DNA from: Amoebidium appalachense
Lineage: Eukaryota > Protista > Ichthyosporea
Assembly (NCBI GenBank): GCA_963693365.1
Contig: CAVNZM010000017.1
Location: 6,314,708 to 6,378,707, forward strand
Direction of reading: 5' to 3'
DNA length: 64,000 nt
Shown in pieces: positions 1 through 12,738 of this stretch (position 1 is its first letter; every line of letters begins with the position of its first letter). The translations under genes and the position numbers were made by a program. The notes beneath the pieces were generated by a model that was not told the DNA's origin, did not search any database, and saw only the letters and a program-made list of their open reading frames with translations.

Positions 1-881
1 TTTTGACCAGCGCTAATAGCGCTTCAAATTATGACTAGGGCAGAGGAAGGTGCAGGGGGGGGGGGGGGGGGGATCAGTCGGAGAGATGAAAAGAGATTCA
101 GAGTGTGTGCCACGTGTGTGAGAACACATTACTACGTGCCACCACAAATATTGGCATGTATTTCCCTAATGTGGAAGTCTGTGAGTGTGCCCGAGAGTGC
201 GCGCGTGCGCACGTGAGAGTGTCTGTGTGCGCGTGTGTACATACGTGCATCATGCGTGTATGTTTGCCTGATGAGACCCACACACGAGCTATGGTTTTGT
301 TTTTCGTCGTGTCCGGCTATCTGTTTAGTGTGTGTGTATATATCTTTGTGTGTGTGGTACTTATGTGTGTGTGTGTGTGTATGTGCACCGCGCTAGCAAT
401 GCATGTGTGTGTGCATGTGTGCGTACGCGCGCACTCGTGCATGTGCATGGGTGTGTGTGGGGGGGAGGGGGCAGGGCGGGGGGGGGGGGGGGGGGGGGGG
501 GGAGGGAGGGGGGGAAGGGGGGGGGGGGGGGAGGAGGGGGAAGGAGGGGGAAGGGGGAAAAGTGGGGGAGGGAGGATATGTTTTCAAGCTCATGTTCGAT
601 ATACACAACAGACTAAATATCACAAATCGTTCTCGGGGTGGTGGTGGGTTGGGACCCATCCCTCCCTTCCCTCCCCCCGCCCGGTGAGTGGTGTGTAGTC
701 CCCCCCCCCTCCCCCTCCCCGCCCCCGGGGGGGACCTACAGTCACCGCACGACAACCCCCCCCCCCCCCCTGGTTACACCCCGGAGAGGGGGGGGGGGGG
801 GGGGGGGGATATCGTGGGGGACGCTATATCGTAATGTGTCTGTGTTCAAATCCTGCCTGAGACCCCAATTCGATGACATCA

Positions 882-917
<36 letters not shown>

Positions 918-1734
918 CTATATGGTGGGGGGGGGGGGGGTTGTATTGTGGGGGCGCTATAATGCGCGGTGACTGTACCCCTCGAGGGGACGTTAAGAGC
1001 CCACCTCCCCCCTCCCCCCCCCCCCCCCCCCTTTCCCCCCGACTTCTACCCCTGGCCTCCTCGGCTCAAAATCAAAAAAGCCTATCATAGTATTAATGGA
1101 CTTATTGGAAAGCAGATCACAAGCGCTAGTTTTCCCCTGAAGAATTAGGAAAATAGACCTTATCAAGTCTGGTGGATTTTCAAGAACACAACCCCCCCCC
1201 CTCTCTTCCTTCCCTCCCCCCCCCCCCTCCCCCCCCCCCCCCCCCAAACACACACACATGAACCCCTATGATGGACCACGATAATAAATATAATTAGATC
1301 TTGTTTCCAAATCATCCATTACATACCTCTCTTTCAGTTGTACACTTAAGTTAGCCATGAACCTGTACATCGTAATTACGGAAACTGTGGGCTAATTATT
1401 ATATGATCCCCATATATATTATGCATCAGGGGTTTATTACGCTGTTTACTCGAGGAGCAGAGACCAGTCTCAGACACATAAGAGGGTTTTACTTTTGTAT
1501 ATACATGGCCAGTACACAACAGATGCTGGAAGCTGCAGGACTTCTGTTTTAAAGGAGACCATGTGCGCGTCTACACACACACGTACACACGCGTGCACAT
1601 CGAAATGCCATCCCCCCCCCCCCCCCTCCCGCGCCCCCCCCCCCCCTCCTCCTCCTCCCCCCCCCCCCCCCCCCCCCCCCCCCCCACACACACACACATA
1701 CACACACAAACACAGATAACTTCCTTGGCGTGTA

Positions 1735-1809
<75 letters not shown>

Positions 1810-2254
1810 ACGCACACACACACACACGCACACGCACACACACATTCACCCACAACTCTCTCTACATTCAAAACCTCCCCCATACCTGAGATTGGTATCT
1901 CTGTACCTCGAGTAAACAGCGCAAACCCAAATACATTTACCTCACTCTTACAAGGAAATGGGAGGAAGAGTTCTTGCAACTGGCAACGTCAGAGATCTTC
2001 ATGGGGTTTACACTGTCTACTCGAGGCAAAGAGAGACCAGTCTCAGGTATGGGGGGTTTTTGCTCGGAATATCCCCTCAGCGGTATATCATGATCACGTA
2101 CATAGATGTCGGGTGATGATTATATATCAGGGTTTACTTTCTTTACGAGACACCATAAAGACTAAGAATAATCAATTAGTTGGGGTTCCCCGTTTTTTTT
2201 GTTTTTTTTCTTCTTTTTTTTTCGGGCTCCCCTGGGACACTCGGTATCAGCTGG

Positions 2255-2442
<188 letters not shown>

Positions 2443-2499
2443 CTAGAATTTTGTAATGTTGTGTTTCTCAAGCCAATCGATACATCTGATAAACAGGTC

Positions 2500-5400
2500 G
2501 TAGTTACGCGTGTTTAGTATTAAAACAAGATGATGTTGTAATTTTCAGGTAGGCTATCTTTCTGGGTGTCTGTTGTGAATGTGACGTGTGTGTGTTGGGG
2601 TATGATGTGGTCTATCAAACTACATTTGGCCATACATGACCGTTTAAACTGGTTTGTGTGTGTGTGTATTGGGCATGCAAACGATGCCACCTTATACTTA
2701 TTAGATCTCCACTGTATAGCACGTGTATAGTAAAAGCGTGGTATGTGATCAATAAATGGCATCAGCTAGAGAAAGACCAATTCTACAGGAAGGTAATATG
2801 TATTTAGGTGTTACACATTTGCGAGTGCCATACTTGGCATTATGGTTAAGGAGGTCATTATATATAAAACGAGACATAATGCTTAGTTTTTCAAGGTGTA
2901 TGCTTTCATCGGGTCTGGTGTCGTGTGGTATCTTTTTCCATTTGTTATATTGCGTAATTATCTTGTGATTGTGTACATGTCTAATAAGTAAGTGGCAGCC
3001 CAAAGTCACACGCACACTTTTGCGGGTTTTATTTGTATTTGTGCCCGGGGGAAAAGGAGAGAGAGAGAGGGAAGGAAAGAGGTGAGAGGTGAGGAGGGGA
3101 CAGGTCGGATAGAGAAGAGAGGGTGGGAGGGCAAACACTTCTTAAAGCGGCTTATGTGCTTATTGGATTTCAGCGCTGAGATGGGATACTCTAGCAGCTA
3201 TTGGGACCAGACCGTATATCGAGAGCGTTACAGGCTCAGGTTTACAACAGTTGTTAGATAGAAAGGAGGCAACTTCTGCTTCAAGGAAATTCGCCAAGGG
3301 TTTAAGCGCTCTAGTTCTCTCTTTCTTGATCCAAGCGGCGAGAAGGGGTAAACCATATTCACATGCCGGGAAGACAAAAGTGCGAATAAATGTAAGTCTA
3401 AAAGAAGGATGGAGGGGTGTGCCTTTAAATATATTAGCCGAGAAGAAAGCCAACCGCTTACGAGCCAGCTCTACCCTCTTTTCGACCATATGGGAAAACA
3501 TACACCAACAGAATTAACCGGAACACCAAGATATTTGTATTCTGGAATTATAGGTACAGGTTTATATGATAATGTAAATGTGTGTAAATTGTTAGCTATA
3601 TCAGGTACAAGAACACCACATTTGTCTATGTTAAGGATCATAAGGTTTGCCTTGCACCACTCTGACACTACATCGAACAATCTTTGCAGGCGTCTAGGGG
3701 CACGGGCAAGAAGGGACAGATCATCAGCATAGAGAAGTGCAGGCGGAAAGTTATTAATAGGGTCATCGTTTTTGGCATAAATCTTGACAGCCAAATCATC
3801 TATAAATAGGTTAAACAAAAAGGGGCTAAGCAATGAACCCTGCAAGAGACCTCTAGTACGAGCAAAACCATATGAAAGATGCCCATTAACCACAGCTCTA
3901 CTCTACCATAGGTTTGAGACAAGAGTGCTTCTAACAGAACACCAATGCAGTGTGGTACACCCCGTGCAGCAAGCTTTTCCCATAGGAGACCAGGGGAGAC
4001 AGAATCGTAAGCAGTTTTCCAATCAGTAAAACCAACACATCGTGCACCAATTTGCATAGAATCGTGCAGTGCCATTATTTGAACATAACATAAATTGTTT
4101 TTACGAAAAGCGGATTGGCATGGGTGTATGTGAAGAATAGATTGAAACCTAGGGTGCAAATAACCTAAGTAAGCAAGCTTTACGAACAAACTGGGTTAGA
4201 GTGATGGGGCGAAAAGATGATATGGGGCCCTCAGAGTCCTTCTTGTTGGAGTGCAGACTTACGCTTACTCCACAATATGTGTATGTTAGCTTTACAATTG
4301 GTTCCGTGTACACAGACACACGCTGACACTCGATCACCACATGCACATCTGCATAGTTGAGGAATGTTGCCAATTGTGTTTTGACTGCAGACATGGAGTT
4401 CAGTCATGGAGTTCAGTCATGGAGTTCAGTCATGGGAGTTCAGACATGGAGTTCAGTCATGGAGTTAACACACTGAAAGCAGTAAAAAACAGGTCAGCTC
4501 CCAAGCGCGCCACGACCACCCTAGTCACAGCGGACTCTACTTCCAACAGGGTTATGGGCCCAGACACGACACCGCGGCCTCTAACTTCACGTCCCCTACG
4601 ACGCCTTGAACGGAGGAGCCAGAAACCGACTTCTAGGCTGTACCCTACACCCGCGAGCGTATTTCCGTGAAGTAGAGACTTTCGCTTCCACAAACTCCAT
4701 CCGCAGCAGCCTGCGACATCAACGTCAAGTATTCCACTTCATTGGCGGGGCACGCACCACAGTGGAATGCACACCCCGGTCTATCCTGCAAGCAGCCACA
4801 CTCACTCTCTCTTCTCTAGTGGTGTGTACACTTCTCCAATTGGGTAGGGGTGTTGGAGTGCAGACTTACGCTCACTCCACAATATGTGTATGTTAGCTTT
4901 ACAATTGGTTCCGTGTACACAGACACACGCTGACACTCGATCACCACATGCACATCTGCATAGTTGAGGAATGTTGCCAATTGTGTTTTGACTGCAAACG
5001 ATTGGTTCACTGGTCCCAGAGATCTCTAAATGAAAGTAACCAATCCGATTAGCGCCTGGCATCCGGATTACATTCCAGACTGCTGCCCCACGGGTATATA
5101 AGCCACGTCTCTGCCAGGTGCAGACATGGAGTTCAGACATGGAGTTCAGACATGGAGTTCAGTCATGGAGTTAACACACTGAAAGCAGTAAAAAACGGGT
5201 CAGCGCCCAAGCGCGCCACGACGACCCTAGTCACAGCGGACTCTACTTCCAACACTTCTTAACTATGGCCGGATCACTAAGGTATCTAACCAAGATGACG
5301 GGACATGTCCACATTTAACACACCAAGAAAAGGGAGAGCCTAACATAATAGTAAGATCAGGTTTAATAGCATGATATCGATCACTTTCCTTTTGTGGGTA

Positions 5401-5521
5401 TGAGGGAACAAGGATTTTAAGAAACCCGGCAGGAAGTCCATCAGGTCCACAAGACTTACTAGAGCTATAACTAGATATCACAGACCATTAATATCGGGAC
5501 TGAAAAAGGGGAGGATCGATT
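2500..5521 (-). pseudogene. Degenerate older LINE (LINE A) RT region, interrupted by a TRIM; continues at about 45590-45770
   Basis: Frameshifted RT motifs SCGPDGLP, FRPITLT, DWKTAYD, QGSLLSPFLFN, LYADD and YKYLG; related to LINE B ORF2. Confidence 0.88.
4244..5254 (+). mobile_element. TRIM (miniature LTR retrotransposon), single unit
   Basis: LTRs 4244-4548 (internally deleted) and 4851-5254, TGTTGGA...TCCAACA; PBS GGTTATGGGCCCAG; PPT GGGTAGGGG; TSD CTTCT. Confidence 0.9.
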
Positions 5522-5688
5522 GGGATTTACACACTTTTTATTGCGTGGACACTGCAGTGCCGGAGGCCCAGCCACATTCGACGGCCTACTGCGTTTTCCA
5601 GCGCAGCCAATCAAATGCAGCCAGTGACATATGTACATGCTAGGCAACAATGAGCGCCCTCGTAGTATCTGACACCCCTATTACATAT
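5522..5688 (-). mobile_element. 3' UTR half of a 5'-truncated LINE B copy
   Basis: Slightly diverged reverse complement of about 45274-45433. Confidence 0.85.
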
Positions 5689-6240
5689 CACACACGTTTT
5701 TTTCTTTCACACACGTTTTTTTCTTTCACACACACGTTTTTTTCTTTCACACACACGTTTTTTTCTTTCACACACACGTTTTTTTCTTTCACACGTTGTT
5801 TTTTTTTTTCTTTTTTTTTTTTTTTCTTTCTTTACTTTCTCTACTTAGGCATCGGCCTTTACTTAGGCATCCACCTCTACTTAGGCCCCTTGAGGGGCAG
5901 CTAGAACCCACCCATGGCGTCTCAGGACGCATCCTTGTCCCCGGACCCTCCTGGGACACCGCCTGGGAGCCGCAAACGTGATACACGGGAAGGAGAATCC
6001 CCAGATAAGAGGCTAACTAAACTGAGCCGAGCGGAACAGGTTCCCTTTCCCGAGGTTAAAGCGCCACCGGCCGTGCCGCCAGCAAGTAGTTTTATTACGA
6101 AAGAACAACTGCACTTGATACCCGAGAAGGCTAGGAAATCCGTGCTCAAACTTATGGCGCATCATGAGCAGCTCCGCACCCAAGTCTCCGACCTAACAAC
6201 CCAAGTAGCTGAGTATAAAGCCAAACAGGACCACACAGAC

Positions 6241-8266
6241 TGTTGGAGTGCAGACTTACGCTCACTCCACAATATGTGTATGTTAGCTTTACAATTGGTT
6301 CCGTGTACACAGACACACGCTGACACTCGATCACCACATGCACATCTGCATAGTTGAGGAATGTTGCCAATTGTGTTTTGACTGCAAACGATTGGTTCAC
6401 TGGTCCCAGAGATCTCTAAATGAAAGTAACCAATCCGATTAGCACCTGGCATCCGGATTACATTCCAGACTGCTGCCCCACGGGTATATAAGCCACGTCT
6501 CTGCCAGGTGCAGACATGGAGTTCAGACATGGAGTTCAGTCATGGAGTTCAGTCATGGAGTTCAGTCATGGAGTTCAGTCATGGAGTTCAGTCATGGAGT
6601 TCAGTCATGGAGTTAACACACTGAAAGCAGTAAAAAACGGGTCAGCGCCCAAGCGCGCCACGACGACCCTAGTCACAGCGGACTCTACTTCCAACAGGGT
6701 TATGGGCCCAGACACGACACCGCGGCCTCTAACTTCACGTCCCCTACGACGCCTTGAACGGAGGAGCCAGAAACCGACTTCTAGGCTGTACCCTACACCC
6801 GCGAGCGTATTTCCGTGAAGTAGAGACTTTCGCTTCCACAAACTCCATCCGCAGCAGCCTGCGACATCAACGTCAAGTATTCCACTTCATTGGCGGGGCA
6901 CGCACCACAGTGGAATGCACACCCCGGTCTACCCTGCAAGCAGCCACACTCACTCTCTCTTCTCTAGTGGTGTGTACACTTCTCCAATTGGGTAGGGGTG
7001 TTGGAGTGCAGACTTACGCTCACTCCACTATATGTGTATGTTAGCTTTACAATTGGTTCCGTGTACATAGACACATGCTGACACTCGATCACCACATGCA
7101 CATCTGCATAGTTGAGGAATGTTGCCAATTGTGTTTTAACTGCAAACGATTGGTTCACTGGTCCCAGAGATATCTAAATGAAAGTAACCAATCCGATTAG
7201 CGCCTGGCATCCGGATTACATTCCAGACTGCTGCCCCACGGGTATATAAGCCACGTCTCTGCCAGGTGCAGACATGGAGTTCAGTCATGGAGTTCAGACA
7301 TGGAGTTCAGTCATGGAGTTCAGTCATGGAGTTCAGTCATGGAGTTCAGTCATGGAGTAAAGACATGGAGTTCAGTCATGGAGTTCAGTCATGGAGTTCA
7401 GTCATGGAGTTCAGTCATGGAGTTAACACACTGAAAGCAGTAAAAAACGGGTCAGCGCCCAAGCGCGCCACGACGACCCTAGTCACAGCGGACTCTACTT
7501 CCAACAGGGTTATGGGCCCAGACACGACACCGCGGCCTCTAACTTCACGTCCCCTACGACGCCTTGAACGGAGGAGCCAGAAACCGACTTCTAGGCTGTA
7601 CCCTACACCCGCGAGCGTATTTCCGTGAAGTAGAGACTTTCGCTTCCACAAACTCCATCCGCAGCAGCCTGCGACATCAACGTCAAGTATTCCACTTCAT
7701 TGGCGGGGCACGCACCACAGTGGAATGCACACCCCGGTCTACCCTGCAAGCAGCCACACTCACTCTCTCTTCTCTACAGTGGTGTGTACACTTCTCCAAT
7801 TGGGTAGGGGTGTTGGAGTGCAGACTTACGCTCACTCCACAATATGTGTATGTTAGCTTTACAATTGGTTCCGTGTACACAGACACACGCTGACACTCGA
7901 TCACCACATGCACATCTGCATAGTTGAGGAATGTTGCCAATTGTGTTTTGACTGCAAACGATTGGTTCACTGGTCCCAGAGATCTCTAAATGAAAGTAAC
8001 CAATCCGATTAGCACCTGGCATCCGGATTACATTCCAGACTGCTGCCCCACGGGTATATAAGCCACGTCTCTGCCAGGTGCAGACATGGAGTTCAGACAT
8101 GGAGTTCAGTCATGGAGTTCAGTCATGGAGTTCAGTCATGGAGTTCAGTCATGGAGTTCAGTCATGGAGTTCAGTCATGGAGTTAACACACTGAAAGCAG
8201 TAAAAAACGGGTCAGCGCCCAAGCGCGCCACGACGACCCTAGTCACAGCGGACTCTACTTCCAACA
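6241..8266 (+). mobile_element. Tandem TRIM array (LTR-int-LTR-int-LTR)
   Basis: LTRs at 6241-6696, 6999-7506 and 7811-8266; about 300-bp internal parts with PBS and PPT; AGAC duplicated on both sides; 13-bp CATGGAGTTCAG(T/A) minisatellite inside the LTRs. Confidence 0.9.
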
Positions 8267-8393
8267 AGACCTCCTTGTTCAGCAAATGGAGACGCGCTTA
8301 CGGCAGCTGGAAGCTGACCGGGCAACCCCCACCGGCCCTGCCCACGCGGGCCCGGCCCCTGCAGCACAGGCAGCCCCCGATGGGTTACCCACC

Positions 8394-8873
8394 TGTAAAC
8401 AGTTGAACTAGTTGGGATAAGGCAGAGAACAACTGAATCAGAATAAAGACAGAGAACGGGTAGAAAGGCACACGCGGCCAAGTTGCTTTTACTATGGGCC
8501 GACTCAGTCTGTCTCAGACTTCACTGATGTGATCCCCGTACTGGGACGGCTTTGTTATATAGCCCCCAGGTTTCGGATCAAGGCCCAGGATTGGTTCATC
8601 CGCGGCCAGCGCGGGTGGCAACATGCCATTCGTGATTCTGGTGCGGTCCGAGCCAGTCAGACCTTCGTCCTATTTATGCAAACCTCTTATTGGTTCACTT
8701 CGTTTATGTGGTATGCAGCGGAAGAACCATATATGGTTCAATTCTTAGGTCAGAGTGAGTCCTATTGGTGCGGACATAATATTTATGTGATATTCATGAC
8801 AAAGCACGAATCGTGTGCTAGTAGATCACATTCTTTAGTAAACATGTACAGTTCATGTGTACAGTTGTTTACA
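8394..8873 (-). repeat. 3' LTR (480 bp)
   Basis: Appears identical to 40882-41361. Confidence 0.92.
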
Positions 8874-9022
8874 CTCCCCCCTTGTCGGGAGCCTGGTGGT
8901 GTCGTTAGACAAGCAAACCACCAGGCTGAGAGGCGATAAACAACCTTCAGCGAGAATTCTTGTGCGCCGAGCTGCTGGGCAGAACAGAGCAAGGACGGTT
9001 GAATAGAGTTGTGCACGTCTAT

Positions 9023-9482
9023 ACTACATTAAGGGGCGCGGCACCCCACGTTAGTGACGTCACAAAGTGTGACGTCACTAACGCAGGGTGGCGCACCCCT
9101 TAGGATATGGCAGATATGCATATGGGATATGGCGATATGCAGTATGATATGGGTGTATATTGTGATTAGGATATGGATATGGGTATGGATATGTACAGGA
9201 GCACGTGCACACACTGTGTGTGTGTGCATAAACACGTGCAGAGCACGTGGATTTAATTAAAATATTAAAGGGAAAACGTGTCATGTGTGCGCGTGCACGC
9301 ACGCGCACATGCGACACGTACACAGTTCTGAGATCAAAGGAATGCGACGGTGTGCACAAGGCGGCCAATGAGAATTCGAATTCCGAATTCCTTGTACAAG
9401 GCGGCCAATAGTAATGCGGATGCACAAGGCGGCCAATGATAATTCGGTTCCAAAAAGCCAGTTGCCGCACAAGGCGGCCAAT
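9023..9482 (+). repeat. Left terminal inverted repeat (460 bp)
   Basis: Reverse complement of 37979-38438; I saw only two mismatches, both near the inner end. Confidence 0.95.
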
Positions 9483-9566
9483 GAACATTAAGATAGCACA
9501 TTCCATTTCCAAGGCGGCCAATGAGCGCCCGGATCGGTCAACCTGGGTTTCCTATTGGCCGCCTTG
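9357..9566. promoter_or_regulatory. Cluster of CAAGGCGGCCAAT (CCAAT-box-containing) motifs
   Basis: Copies at 9357, 9397, 9425, 9470 and 9510, plus an inverted copy at 9554; mirrored in the right TIR. Confidence 0.6.
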
Positions 9567-9692
9567 TGTAAACAATGGTGGCGCACTTACGCACGCACAG
9601 GATCATTATTTTGCGTTCTGTTTATTGATGTTTTTGCTGCCGGCGCTGCCTGGCAATTACATTGTGGCTAAGATCTAAGATTACTGTTCAGG

Positions 9693-12600
9693 ATGTTAGA
9701 CGACAGCCAGGAAGGTTTCATAGAGGACCTGCTGCGGGCACTGGATGCCGACCCGCAGCAGGCCCTGCAAGCCAACCCGTTTCTGCAGGCCCTGCAGGGC
9801 CCACCACCCCCACCCCCACCCCCTCCCCGGCCTCCCCCCTGCCCCCGCCCCCATCAACCACCCAGATGACCCCCAGATCATTGCCATGCCTGCCGAGGGC
9901 AACTGGCAGCTGCGTTCACGGGTGGATGACATGCAGGCAAGGGGGTTGGGCGTACGCGGCCACACCCTCGAGTACCAACCCCTGCGCACCATGGACGTCA
10001 CCGAGTTCCCCCAGTTCTTTGCAGCTATGCTGTTTGATGCCATTGCCCGTGCAGATGTGCAGGTGGGGGACATGATCATCGTACGCATCATCAGCTTGCA
10101 CGTGCAGGCCAATGGTGTGGACAACCAGGTGGGGGATGACGGCAACCCCAACGCCGATGTCACCAACCGTCGTGTGTTTACGGCAGGCCCCATGGACGTG
10201 TTCAACGGTGATGTGAATGCCGTGGTGCTCAAGCTGATGGAGAACATACGCCAACGCACCCAGAGTGCAGCCGAGACCTTTATGGACGGGCGATCCAGTG
10301 TGCATCTGACCGTGGTCCGGCCCAAGGACATGGTGAGGAAGGGTGCCTGCGGGTCCCTGTCCACCCTCACAGGGGTGACAGCCCAGTGGCTGCGGGAGCT
10401 GGTGGAGGCCAAGGCCGTGGTGGATGTGACCACCCTGGTGAAGGCAGCCTGCAGCAGCAACGACCCGCAGGTGACAGGGGAGAAGGAGCTTGACCACCAT
10501 CAGCTGCTTGAGATTGCCGACGGCCCCTCCTGTGCCCAGCTGTGCCTGGTGTACTGTATGGCAATGTGGGTCAGCAAGGCAGCCAACAGCAACGAGAACG
10601 GCAGCCTGCCCTCCGAGCACACTCGTAAGAACCTGGGCAATGGGGGTGACCTCATGAAGCTCAAGGACCACCACGTGCTGTGCCACCTACTGGACCCTAT
10701 GGATGTGATTGGTATTGGCAACAAGGCTCTGGGTAGGTCTGTGTCTTCCGGCTGTGGGGTGTGCAACCTGCTGCAGCCACCCATCAACCCAAGGAGCAAC
10801 TTCCAGGACCGTTACCTGCGCAGGCTGGCAAGGGCCACCCGCCGGCTGTGGGCCAAGTACAAGCTGCCTGTGCCTGCAGAGGACGGGCTGACGGTGGATC
10901 AGTTGGGTGCAGCCGTGGATGCCCTCAACATGCAGATTGCCAGTGAGACCCAGTCAGTCACCCGTCTACGGCTGGTGGTGGTGGACCTGGACAGCAAGGG
11001 TAGGGTGGCAAGAAGGTACGGGGACGTGAGCTCGGCCCTTCCCCCCGGCAAGCTGTGCACCATGTACCTTGGCCACTCCCAGAAGCTGGGCCACTTCACG
11101 GCCATCCCCTCCAATGTCAGCAACACCATCGAGCGCCTGCGCAACGGCAACCACACGGGGGCCGTACGTCGGAGCCTCAGCACCTGCTTCCACTGCAACC
11201 AGACCGTGCAATCCAAGAACATGGGGGTGCACCGTTGTGTGAACCGGTGTGGGAACTGTGGATCAAAGGGGAACCACATCGACCAGGCAGATGCCTGTGT
11301 GTGGACCCCCGGGCGCCGTGTGGAGCTAGCACGGGTGGGGGAGGATGCATGGCCTTACCGTTGTGACGACTGCTGTGGCCTCTTCCCTTCGGCCAGGTGC
11401 ATGGCCAACCACAGCACCAAGCTCAAGGGGGCCGGGGCCAGGGCCGACGGCCGGCAACAATCCTTCTGTGACACCGTGTTCTGGTGCCGGCTGGCCACGT
11501 GCACCCACGGCCTGCAGGGGTACAGGATGATTGGCAGTGGAGATGATGCCCTCAGGGTGTGTGTGTCGGGCAATCCTGCCGGCCGGTTCTTCTACAAGTT
11601 CAAGTACGCCAGCGTGCGCCGTCTACGCCGGCTGCACACTGCCCAGGAGCAAGGGGGGTACGATGCAGGGGCAGATGCAGGCTCCAACGACGAGGGGGAG
11701 GACTGGGACTATGCCACGGACACGGAGGGGGAGGACTCCGACACAGGCACAGACCCCCCACCCTGCCTTGTCGAGTCGTCAGACGACGAGGGTGAGAGTG
11801 ATGACGAGGATGATGCCGTCGACCTCATGCAGATGTCTGAGGGGGGAGGGGGAGGGGGGTGAGGGGGGTGAGCACGGGGCCAAGAAGGACGACACGTGGA
11901 CACAACACCTGTGCACCGACTACGCCTGCAAGGGCTGTGGGGGCTATATGCCCGGCAACCACACGTGCCTCATACGTAGCAAGCTCAGTGGCCAACGGCG
12001 TGTGTATATGTGCACACACACGGATGCAGACGGTGCGGTGTGTGACAGGGTGGCATGCTTCTCCAACGAGCAGGGGGAGGGGGAGGAGGGGGGAGAGTCA
12101 CCTGCACGGCAGAGGGTCAGGGTGGATGCTGCCGGCAGCAGGGTGGGTGCACACGTGTGCAAACGGCACGTGCCCGACAATGACGGCAGCGGACCCGGGG
12201 GTGTGTGGAAGCAGACCAGGCAGCCCATCAGGGACATTGTGCTGGACTTTGAGACCATGCCGGTGCCAGCCCCCGACCACACACCCGACAACCCCCACTT
12301 CATCCACATTGTGTACCTTGCTGTGGCCATGTACGTCGAGCCGTCAGATGGCCAACCGACTGGCCCCATCATCTTCTGGCCGGAGCCCTCGGCCGACGGC
12401 AAGGACGCCTGGGACGTGTTGATGGACGACAACCACCACGTGATTGACAAGGTGGTCAAGTGGCTGTTTGACACCCCTGCCCACGCCGGTGGCCGGGTGT
12501 TTTGCCACAACGGCAGTGGCTTCGACTTCCACTTTGTGACCAAGAGGGTGGTGGGCAGCCAGGACTATGTGTACGTGCCCATCATGACCAACAGCAAGAT

Positions 12601-12705
12601 CAAGTCCTGCCGTATACGTCACTACCTCAAGGGTGCCGGTGCAGCAGACCCCGAGCCCATACCCATGCCGGTGGATGGTGATGGCCATGGTGATGTGCAG
12701 CAGCA

Positions 12706-12738
<33 letters not shown>

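Noticed and set aside
6514-7425. 13-bp CATGGAGTTCAG(T/A) arrays and the regular 750-810-bp periodicity as a possible CRISPR-like array
   Set aside because: There are no unique spacers; these are minisatellites inside TRIM LTRs.
11830-11870. Programmed ribosomal frameshift in pPolB
   Set aside because: The shift is +1 in a G-run, like three others nearby; homopolymer error is simpler.
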